In this document: in pieces, positions 35,323-46,247 of the stretch
Position numbering within the stretch: position 1 is the stretch's first letter
Layout of the letters: each line of letters opens with the position of its first letter
DNA from: Tubulanus polymorphus
Lineage: Eukaryota > Animalia > Nemertea
DNA: 64,000 nt
NCBI RefSeq assembly: GCF_964204645.1
Contig: NC_134032.1
Coordinates: 6,002,275-6,066,274, forward strand
Direction of reading: 5' to 3'
The notes under the pieces: model-generated
What the model saw: the letters and a program-made list of their open reading frames with translations, nothing else
Databases searched by the model: none
Told to the model about the DNA's origin: nothing
Made by a program: the position numbers and the translations under genes

Positions 35323-35746
35323 TGATAGTTGACTAGGGTTAACCAAATAATGAAATAAATATTAGTAACGTCTGGGAAAAAATAATGATTTAATGGGAAC
35401 AGTTGGGTTTAACGAAGCAAACAAGAAATATCTTAGTCTAAGGGAATAGTTCAGAAAACATGATTCAGAAACTTGGTATGTTGTGTTGGTGGTTGGGAAT
35501 ATATTTCTAGTCAGAGAGTGGTTGATGGAGGCTGCAGATTCTGTAGAAACCATACTAAATTTGGTAGGGAGAGATCACGTGGTTGAAACTTGGTAGAGGG
35601 AGATACTAGTTAAGTTGGGGAACAAGTAGAGAGGGAGAGTTCAGTTTTTGGCAGCCACTAGGACAGTTGTCAGCAGTAGATCCTATGAGATTGCCTGGTC
35701 GTTAGTTTAATTTTTGGAGAGAAGACATCTTAGAGGCAATCGATCA
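35323..35746 (+). repeat. 5' LTR (424 bp)
   Basis: TGATAGTTGACTAGGG...GGCAATCGATCA; differs from the 3' LTR by about 4 substitutions and one small indel. Confidence 0.97.
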
Positions 35747-35747
35747 A

Positions 35748-35765
35748 TGGTGGAGAACCCGGGCA
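35748..35765 (+). promoter_or_regulatory. primer binding site, tRNA-Ala-like
   Basis: TGGTGGAGAACCCGGGCA 1 nt after the LTR; complementary to a tRNA-Ala 3' end (..TTCTCCACCA). Confidence 0.8.
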
Positions 35766-35908
35766 ATTTTTGACAACTATTAAGAGGAAAAGTGAGCACA
35801 GAAGAAAACTATAACAACAGCGAACTCGGGAAAATTCAAGCGCGAACGGAAGACTCAAATACTTTGACCTTGGACGTGAAGAAAATTTGACGTAAGTTGT
35901 GAAAATGA

Positions 35909-37046
35909 ATGTGCCGGTCTTTAGTTTGGAAAACAGTCAAGCTACATCACCACTTTGTGAGTAAAATTAATCAGTTGCAGACTCAAATTGCTACTTTGGA
36001 AGCGGGGACAACGGTAACCCCAGACGGGCTAGCTTTTAGGCCCGATATTCACTTTTCTGGGGATGCAGATGAAGATATTGTAGATTTTTTGCGGGATTTT
36101 CAAATAAGAGTTGAGTTTGGGGGGTGGAAGAAGAGTAAAGCGCTGGCCGCTTTACCGATGTACTTGAAAGGGCGTGCCCGAGAGTACTATTACTATTTAC
36201 GATAAAACCCTCCGCTGGATGCGGAAAATAAGATCATAGAAAGATCTTTAGAGGAAATTTTAGATTTGTTTGAAGAAAAGTTTAAGAGTAAGGACATGCA
36301 ATTTGTGACTCGGCAACAATTTTACATGTTGAAGATGAATGAAGGTGAGTCACTTGACTCGTATATTAGGAGGTTACTTTACTTGGCTGGTAAACTTGAG
36401 AAGTCGGGTGAGGACCTGTTGCAGCCATTTCTGCATGGGTTGCTACCAGCCACAAAGGCGTTTGTAATTGGGAAATGCCTAATCAATTTTGACCAGGCGA
36501 TAACTTATGCCAGATTATCGCAGGAACTTGAAAAAATATCGCCGGCACAGGCATCAATCAGGTCATTGAATATAGATTATTCCCGCCAGATAGCCTTAGA
36601 GCAGGAAGTAAAAGGTTTAAATGAGAAAATGACTGAGTTGTTGCAGTTACAAAAGGGTGAAACGAGTCAAAACAAATCTCGACCGATTAGATTGTCGGAT
36701 GGTCGGCCATACTGCGAGTATTGTCAAACGGTAGGGCATACAACATCAAGATGCCGAATATGCCATAATTGTGGTCGTCGTGGTCATATCGCCCGACAAT
36801 GTCGGAGTCCACGGCAAAACTATAATAATCCGACTAATTCCAACCGTCTACCGCAACGACAATATTCGCAAGTGAGGCAACCAGCTGATAATCGATTTGA
36901 TCGTTTCCGGGGAAGTTCAGTTTATCAGGATAATTCACGTGAACCGCCGCCTCTTAGACAGCAAGCTCAATCATTTATACCACGAGATAGAACGCACAGT
37001 GAATAGTTTATATGAATTTGAGACCCCGCCTCCGGGAAACGAGTAA
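35909..37046 (+). pseudogene. gag: gag with two CCHC zinc knuckles (stop at 36203, late frameshift)
   Basis: FSGDADEDIVDFL, YLKGRAREYY, CEYCQTVGHTTSRC, CHNCGRRGHIARQC; likely true end TVNSLYEFETPPPGNE*. Confidence 0.9.
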
Positions 37047-37077
37047 GGGCCTATGATTACGGGGTGAATCAAGGTCC
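37034..37077 (+). promoter_or_regulatory. -1 programmed ribosomal frameshift signal
   Basis: slippery G GGA AAC, 6-nt spacer, stem-loop GGGCCTATGATT..AATCAAGGTCC; the -1 frame is the 37064 ORF. Confidence 0.75.
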
Positions 37078-40000
37078 TATAGCCACATCGGCATTTACGA
37101 ACGGACATTTAGGTAAATGTAATTATGATGATAGATATGATTATTTACGATGCTATAATGAATTTAGAGAAAGAAACTTCCCTTCAGAATATGAGCAGAA
37201 TTATTTTGAGCCTTATGCTTACGATAAGACAGACGATCTGTATGGTAATGAGTTTATTTTAACGGACAGGTGCGATGGGTATAATATGTGTAGGTCTGCT
37301 GGCGAGGATCCCAGACGAAATATGAATAGTTTAGTGTATACTGATGAATCTATGGGGGTATCCGCACTTAGTGAAAATAAACCGTTTATGAAAACAGATA
37401 GTAATTTATCGGAAAAAGGTCTGTCAGAAGCAGAAAGTAAATCTGAAAGAATTGAATCGAATAGCCTATTGAACTTAAATAGAGAAGATATTACATTGAG
37501 TTATGATGGTATGAATAATAAATTTGATAGTAAAATTAGTAATGATTGCGATGGTCAGATTGAATCTACCGCAGTAAATGACGGAAAGATAGATAATGAA
37601 AATGTTTCTAGTTTTAGCTCATACTCTGAAGGAGAGGATAATTCAGAAATCATATCAAATAAGGAATTAGAAGAAAAGTGTATACAAAATCAGTTTGAAA
37701 TTGAAACTAAGAAAATTAAAAAACGTGTAAGTTTTGATAAGATGTCCGACGTAAATGCGGAGGTTCAAATTGCCTCAAAGATAACTCGTGAACCCAGATG
37801 TTGTGACCCTGGGGAGAATGACAAAAGGTCCGATGAAGATTTAGTAGATACATGTACGCGAAATCAATGTGAAATGGAATCGGCGAAGATTAAGAAACAT
37901 GTAAAATTCGATGAAATGTCTGAATTAGACACCGAAGTACAAAATACCTCTAAAATAGCTCGTGAATTTAAATTGTGGGACCCTGGTGAAGAAATTATTG
38001 AAATGTGCAAGTGGGCAGCAAATAAATTACAGAAACTTCAGTGTCGAAATGTAGGAACGAACGATATTAATTTTAGGAAATGCGAAAAATCATATTCAAG
38101 GTCTGGAAATGAAATTCTAAATGATGTGTCTGAATTTTTGATTGATGTTTCTGCTGGAACTTATGCTGTATCTTCTAACTATCCCAGGTTAGAATTCCAA
38201 AATAAATGCGAGGCAGCTGTTACCGATCTCCAACTAGTCGAGTGCGAAGATTCCTTGTCTCAAGCCGTTATAGGCGAGGTTTCGGAATTTTTACGAGAAC
38301 AGTCACCTCTGAATACCCTGCAGAGGATGCTTATTTTAGTACCGAGAATGATAAACATCCAATCATCTTAGCATCTGTAGCCAGTACAGTTAATGGGAAG
38401 ATAGGAAACACCCCTTATAATGTTTTAATTGACAGCGGAGCCATGATCTCCGAAATGGATAATAGAGTTTATCATTCATCTTCTCTACTTAATAAATTAC
38501 CTACCAAAGAAGCATCGTTAACCGTGGCGCATTCAGCAAATGGAACCCCTATATCTTTAGATGGAACGGTAGATATACCTATTCAAATAGGTTCTGAGCG
38601 ATTTTCTCAAACAGTATTTTTAGCGAGCCCTATACAACAAACTTTGAATTGGGATTAGATTTCATGAATGAGAAAAAGGTTGTGTTAGATTTTGGTTCAG
38701 GAAATATGTCTATAGATAATGGACACCCAATAAAATTACAAAATCAAGTTGGTTTGGGTCATCAGGCTAAAGTGAGAACTGTTAATGAAATAGTAGTACC
38801 ACCGAAATCACAGTATGAAATAAGGGGTAAACTCTCGAATTATCTTTCTGACAGCAACCAGGTTCTTTTAGAACCAGATCGCAATCTTGGATCGAGGTAC
38901 AGTATTCATAGTGATGAGTCAGTAGTCGAGGTGCGCAATAAAACAGTGCCATTTACACTATACAACTTTACGAATGCCCCGATAAAATTACATAAAGGCA
39001 CATCTTTAGGTTTTGTAACGCTGAATTATATGATAGTTCCCGAGGCTAATCAATCAAGTGACTCGGAGGGTGAAAAATCAAAGAACTCGGGACCTAAAGA
39101 ATTTAAAGTCTCTGATGGTAAACGATTTTTAGAAAATGACACTGAAAATATCAATTTTCAAGATATTAATATAACTGATACAGGTCTCAGTCCAGAAGGT
39201 AAAATTAAACTGTACAATTTATTAGTAGAATGTAAAGATATTTTTGCGAATGAAACGAAGGAATTATCGAGAGCTAAGGTACCCTGGGAGCATCGAATAC
39301 ACACTGGTTCATCTCCCCCGGTAAGGTTAAAACCCTATAGACCCGCTGTTGCACTCAGAGAAGTTGAAGATAACTTAATTATAAATTAGCTGATAAAGGA
39401 ATCATTCGGGAGTCAACTTCCGAATGGGCGTCTCCTTGCATACTAGTACGAAAAGCTTCATTGAACCCTGATAAAACACCAGCTTATCGCTTGGTTCATG
39501 ACTACCGCCAGCTCAATAAAGTAACAAAAATTGACACATTCCCTGGACCTACATTAAATGAGATATTCACTAACATTGGTAAAGGGAAAGGCAATATATT
39601 TACAACACTAGATTTACATTCGGGATATATTAAGATTCCTATGCATTCGGATTCTATAGACAAAACAGCTTTTGTTTGCAACAGTGGAAAATGGGAATAC
39701 ATAATGATGCCGCAAGGGTTAGGAGCACCCGCCACATTTTGGCGGAATATTACATATGTTTTAAAAGATCTCCTTCACGACATTTGTGAAGTGTTTTTGG
39801 ATGATATTATTATATACTCTGAGGATGAGGAATCTCACTTAGCACATCTGAGACTAGTGTTTGAACGACTGCGTGAAGCGAATTTGAAATTAAAACGACT
39901 TAAATGTCATTTCTTTTCTAATAAAGTTAAATATTTAGGTTACTTAGTAACTGAATTTGGATTGCTACCATTGAAAGAGAAAATTCATAAGATTGAAGAA

Positions 40001-42193
40001 TGTGCTACTCCAAACTCTCTTAAAACGCTGAGAGGATTTCTTTGTCTGACAGGATTCTATAGATCATTTGTAAGAGATTATGCCACGATTGCTTAACCCC
40101 TAACGTTACTACTTCAAAAGGATGTTAAATTTGAGTGGTCTGATGAATGTCAGAAATCGTTCGAAAATTTGAAGATGGCTCTTCAGTCAGCTCCGGTATT
40201 AGAATTTCCTGATTTCGACAAACCGTTCATTCTGCAGTGTGATGCTAGTAACTTTGCTTGCGGTATGGTTTTAAGTCAAATTTCAGACGATGGCAAGGAG
40301 CATCCTATTTCGTATGCATCAAAACAGTTTACAAAAGCCGAACTTAATTACAATACCACTCGCAAGGAATTAGCCGCCATACTGTACGGTGTCCGTCATT
40401 TTCGGCCATTTCTTTATGGTAAACCGTTTGTCATTCAAACTGATCATGCGGCATTGTCTTACGTTAAGCGAATGAAAAATCCTACCCCACAGGTATTACG
40501 AGTGTTAGATGAGTTATCGGAATATGATTTTGAAATAAAACACAAGCCCGGTAGGATTCACGGTAACGCAGATGGGTTAAGCAGAATGAATTTCGGATCC
40601 AACACCAAGATTTATGAGTTAGCACGTGTTGATGTAGATAATATTCGCAATGAGCAATTAAAAGACAGGCATTTATCTGACATGATAAATTATTTAGAAA
40701 ATGGTACTCTACCTGATGACGAGTCGGAAGCAAGATTAGTTCTACTAGAAGCTGATCATTATACCTTGAATGAAAAAGGGGTTTTATATCATATCCCAAG
40801 GCCGTCGAAGGATGAAAACGGAGATTATTTCTTACAATTAGTAGTACCCGAATCATTGAAACAAGAAATTCTGCAATTTGTGCATGACGAGAATATTTCT
40901 GGGCATTTTGGTATACCTAAGACTTATTCTAGAATATATCGAAACTATTTTTGGAAGAACTTGTATCGAGATGTATCTCACTTTGTATCCAGCTGTTCTA
41001 ATTGTTATCAGCGAAAGAGGTCTAATAGACGTGGTCATGCACCAATACAACCACAGGAGATTCCCGATGGTCCTTTTGTCAAAATATCAGTAGATTGTGT
41101 GGCCCCCTTGACAAGGTCTAGTGATGGGATGAACCAAATTATGGTCTTTGTGTGTAATTTTACACGAAATTGTGAAGCATTTGCGGTTCCTGATATAAAT
41201 GCTCCTACTATTGCTAGAATCATGTACGATGAAATTTTCCTAAGATATGCTTTCCCTAAAGAATTATTAAGTGATCGCGGAAGTAATTTCGTAAGTGAAA
41301 TTGTGGAGGAAATACTTAAATTCTCGAATATTACACATAAGAAGACTGCTTCATTCAATCCTAAATGCAATGGTCTCTGTGAAGTTACGAACAAGTCAAT
41401 TAAATCCTCATTATTTATGATGATTTCTGATAATCAAACCGATTGGACTACTTACTTGCGTGCTGCAGTCTTTGCTTATAATACTAGTCCAATGAAGTCA
41501 ATATCAAATTATAGTCCATTTTACTTAATGTTTTTAAGGCATCCGAACACGCCGCTAGATAGTGCGTTATTGGAACCTATGTATAATCCTCTAAAGATAA
41601 ACACACATGTCAGACTGGCCCAAGATAAATTACGGTATGTTTACAAGATAGCTAAAGGTGCGATCCTTACGGCACAAGCTGCATTCAAAAAGATCAGCGA
41701 TAAACATGCTACCCCGGTCAACTTTGAAGTTGGGGACCACTGTTGGGTTTTCTTTCCAAATTTTAAGAAAGGGTTGACTAGGAAGTTACAAAAGCGTCAT
41801 CGTGGACCGTTCCAGATTGTAAAGTCAATAGGTCCTTCTACATTTAGAGTCAAATGTGTTAAAACTGGTAAATATATGAAAAGTCCTATAGCAGCAGATA
41901 GGTTGAAGAAGTTTGTTCACAGGGACGATCTTCCAATAGGAGATCAAGACGCTTGTTTTGGCAAACCTTTAAGATCGGATTTAGCAAATCAGGAAGATGA
42001 GTTAGTTGATATTCCAGATGACATTCTTATAGTTAAAGAGATTTTAGATGATAAAGCTATTAATGGTAAACGCCATTTTAAGATATGGTGGGAGGGTTAT
42101 ACGAAAGGCGAGTCTACTTTCGAACCTGAGGAAAATATATTAAACCCGAGTTTAATTGAGAACTATTTTAAAACGAAGAAACTAAAGGAATAA
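37041..42193 (+). pseudogene. pol: pol: long N-terminal insert, protease, RT, RNase H, integrase, chromodomain (several stops/frameshifts)
   Basis: LIDSGA; WASP..DYRQLN; LDLHSGY; FLDDII; CDASNFACG; HDENISGHFG..CSNC; SDRGSNF; GPF; VKEILD..KIWWEGY..STFEPEENI. Confidence 0.96.
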
Positions 42194-42246
42194 GTTTGGT
42201 TCACGGAATGTAGTAACTATATTTCGTTCTCTTTTAGGATACTACC

Positions 42247-44662
42247 ATGAGGCTTTACATTTTATTACTGGCTGTTTACATGACGACGTTGGAACCGGTT
42301 GACACTTCGGCGAATTCAGTTGTTATGTTGAATTGGGGAATTGTCTTCAATAAGTTCACAAATATTCTTAATGGTGTTTCCAAGTATAGGCATACCTTCT
42401 GTATTCCCTGGCCTAAATTTGACCTAGATATTATAACCCCTCTATCATGCCCTATAAATTATCATTTTCACCCGTATAACGGTTGTAGGATGTTAAATAC
42501 GATTATTGAGCGATTAAATTCTCAGATTAAAGAAACACGAACACGGCTTAACGCTAATATGAATACCGTTAAATCTTTGATTCCTGTTAGGGCAAGTGGT
42601 CGTGGGAAAAGAGCTTTATTAAACTTTGTAGGGAGTTTTGCGAAATCGCTATTTGGCACGGCTACTGAAGAGGACGTGGACGCACTTAGGCAACATGTCC
42701 TCAAAGTGGAGTCAGGGGTAACTGCCTTGGCTGATCAGGTTGTACAAGACGGCAAGTTGCTTAATTCATTCATGAACACAACTAACGAAAGAATTGATAA
42801 TGCTATGGTGGCCATCAAAGAGAATCATGAAACAATTAAGAGGTTTGCCGATTCTTATAATATTTTGACTGTAGAGTACCGAAATTCTCGGAAGGAAATA
42901 TTTTATAAATTGGATCGTTTAAATGTCACAGTTTCGGCTTTGTCCATTTTAATGAGGAACTTGGTTGACTACCAATACCGTTTTGGGGTAGTAGTTGGCC
43001 AGTCGGAGAAATTTTCTACAGGCAACTCAGTTATTATTGGATGGCTTTTTGCCTATTTCTCTCGTGGGTCCTGAACAGATCAATAAAGTAATTAATAATG
43101 TACAGGATATTCTCAGCGATCATTATCCTAGTTTTAAGGTAACGCATAGTCAGCCTAGTTTTTATTATCAAATGCGGGATATCACGTTCACGTCGACTGA
43201 AAACGTATTTATATATATAACGATCGCCATTCCCATCCATAGTTTGGCTGGTTTTATGGATGTTTATCATATTGATACATTACCTGTACCGTCGAATGCC
43301 ACTAGTGCTAATACGACTCAAATTTTTGGTTTACCTCAGTATATCGCCGTTACAAGTGATAACGAATATTATACCGAATTCGATTGTGATTTTTTACTTT
43401 CCTGCAATGGTAGAGACCTTAAAGTGTGTAGTACAACTAAATCTCTCAATTCCCGTCATAAATTAACGTGTGCGTCAGCGCTATTTTGGGACCAACCCGA
43501 GGCTATAATGAAATTGTGTGACATTAGATATGAGGAAGCGTTACTGTTTGAAGGTAGTTATGAATTAGCGGATGGGCGTTATTTACTGTCATCTGCTGAC
43601 GAAGTTTGGACTATGCATTGTTCTGACCGACAGGTTAAGTCTATCAATGGTTGCAGGTTGTGCGTAATGACAATCCCTTGTTTTTGTTCTATAATTGCGT
43701 CATCTTGTCGGATCCCTTATAAACTCACAGGTTGTCATATTGGTAAGGAGGATAAAACTGTTTTGCATGTAGTAAATTTACCTGTGCTGCATTCGTTGTT
43801 CTCTAATGCTGCAGATTTGAGAAAGATAAGGGGGAATGAGTTATCGAAAGCGCCCATGGTTGAGGTTCCACCCTTAAAACTGAATAAAGAATCATGGGAT
43901 TAGCGGCGCTTGCTATGTCAATTTATTCTTCATGATAAGGTATAATCCAGGGGGTATTTTTCCGGTTGCAGCCTTGGGTGCAGCTCATGCAGCACCACTT
44001 GCTGGGGCAACGGTTATACAGTCTAATAGGACTATTTCATTTTTAGAACAGTCTTCGCGGGTTGCTCAATCGCTAATTGACGACGATTCCAATTTTCTAG
44101 TTGACGCGATAGTTCTTCTGGCTATTATCTACTGTGCGTTGCATTTCCTGTGTTATGATATTAAATACCTATTTACCTTTCTAAGGGGCAGGCGTAATAT
44201 GGTTCAACGGTGTAAATCACAACTACTTTTAGAGAATGTATCTTACTTCCATTAATTGATCTTAATGCCTGTGCGGGCAGTATTTCCTTACTTGGATCCC
44301 CTGCTTTACGTAAGCTACATTGTAATTCTCATTTCTTTAAATTGTTTATCAATCTTGATTGGGTTACACCTTGTAAAATTCAGTATGATGGAATTGCTAT
44401 TGATTTTCCGGATAAAATTCCGGTCAAGCCTTCTCTATATAGGCGAATTGAAAGATTGATTATGAGCTCATCATTTACTTTACGCATATATGTAAAACAT
44501 CACGATCTTTTGGTTCCTTTGTCGATCAGTGAAGATAAAGGAATACCTCATGAGATTCAATATTCTCAAGACATGATTCGAAATATTGATGCATCTAGTT
44601 TAGCTGGGAGACCAGGTGGGAGGTCAGGTCTTTATCCGGACTTGTCACTTTATCAGCCTTAA
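42247..44662 (+). pseudogene. env: env-like class I fusion glycoprotein (baculovirus F/errantivirus-like) with extended C-terminus, frameshifted
   Basis: signal peptide, furin-like RGKR followed by fusion peptide ALLNFVGSFAKSLFGTAT, heptad region, Cys-rich ectodomain, TM segments; splice acceptor TTCGTTCTCTTTTAG at 42237. Confidence 0.88.
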
Positions 44663-45826
44663 TTTTTGAAAATTTTATGAAATCATTCATATTTGGAATG
44701 TAGTTGTGTTGCTGTGTTCGTTTGGTTCTATAGTCACTAATTGCAAATTCCTTTATTATTTATAAAAGATATTACGTTCATTTGGAACTATATAACGTAT
44801 GTTATATCGTATATCGTTGCATAATTATCATTTATCGTGATCTTTTGGTTTAGCATTGGGGATGAATTGTACCTTATCTATTTACTGAAAATCTCATATA
44901 TTATTGCTATGCTATCTTTATCTGCAAAACCATGGGGAGTGTTTTGGGTTTGATTGCTTAGTTTGTTTGGGTTGTTTCATGTCACTTTCGTTCCGGCCAG
45001 AGTCGAACTCGTCGGGAGTGAACTGTACTGTTTCGAGATCGTCGTGAGACCGTAGCCGTCGCCGTCTTCACATATACTTGCAGTCGCCGGATTCGCTTTA
45101 CGTGACCTCAACTTAGCGCTATCGTCCGTATCATGGATCTGAATGCCGTTGTTCGGACTTCGCCCAATTCGCTGTTCGTGCAGATTGTCGAGCGTTCGGT
45201 CGCTTGTTCCGTTATACCGCTGCTGAATCGTTCTGGAGAGTGATTCTCAATATGGTCCCGTCGTTCTTGCGATCCCTGGAAGTCACGTAAATTATGGCAG
45301 GTGTGATGGATAATTATATTCAGGATCGTAGTATGGTCCATCCGAAAAAAAAAATAAAACCGAAACGAGCTGTGAGACTGTGCTAGGTTGTTCGTTAACA
45401 CCTATGGCCGTCATTCTGTATTATTAGCTGTCAGTTGTTTGTTCGAAAAAGAAAAGAAAACCGCTTCGTCATCGATCAACTTTTGTTTTGCGCGTTGTAT
45501 GCTGAACTGCTGCGAAAGTGAAAATAGAATCGTGAAAAAAAATATTTACATATTTAATAATGCATTAATGAATAAAATAATGATAAAATAATGATAAATG
45601 AATAAATAAATTGCCATGTATAATGATAAATGAATGATGATATTAATTATGATAATATATACTACTGATGATTATTATGTTAAATTAAGTTCCTTAAGAA
45701 TGCTGTCGTATCTGTATTGTATTGTTTGTATATTGTTTTATCTTATATTTAATCTGGTTGAATAAAGTTCATGTCTGGATGGTTGCCATTTGTTTTTCGG
45801 GGCGAAAAAAATTAAGCCTGGGGGGA

Positions 45827-46247
45827 TGATAGTTGACTAGGGTTAACCAAATAATGAAACAAATATTAGTAACGTCTGGGAAAAAATAATGATTTAATGG
45901 GAACAGTTGGGTTTAACGAAGCAAACAAGAAATATCTTAGTATAAGGGAATAGTTCAGAAAACATGATTCAGAAACTTGGTATGTTGTGTTGGTGGTTGG
46001 GAATATATTTCTAGTCAGAGAGTGGTTGATGGAGGCTGCAGATTCTGTAGAAACCATACTACAGGTAGGGAGAGATCACGTGGTTGAAACTTGGTAGAGG
46101 GAGATACTAGTTAAGTTGGGGAACAAGTAGAGAGGGAGAGTTCAGTTTTTGGCAGCCACCAGGACAGTTGTCAGTAGTAGATCCTATGAGATTGCCTGGT
46201 CGTTAGTTTAATTTTTGGAGAGAAGACATCTTAGAGGCAATCGATCA
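45827..46247 (+). repeat. 3' LTR (421 bp) preceded by PPT
   Basis: AAGCCTGGGGGGA|TGATAG...GATCA|CTAG. Confidence 0.97.

Larger units (their letters stand above)
35323..46247 (+). mobile_element. full-length Gypsy/Ty3 LTR retrotransposon with env-like gene (10.9 kb)
   Basis: paired TG..CA LTRs, 4-bp TSD CTAG, PBS, PPT, gag-PR-RT-RH-IN-chromo-env order. Confidence 0.97.

Noticed and set aside
35362-35553. Duplicated 63-aa minus-strand ORF (also 45866-46057)
   Set aside because: Lies inside the two LTRs, which explains the duplication
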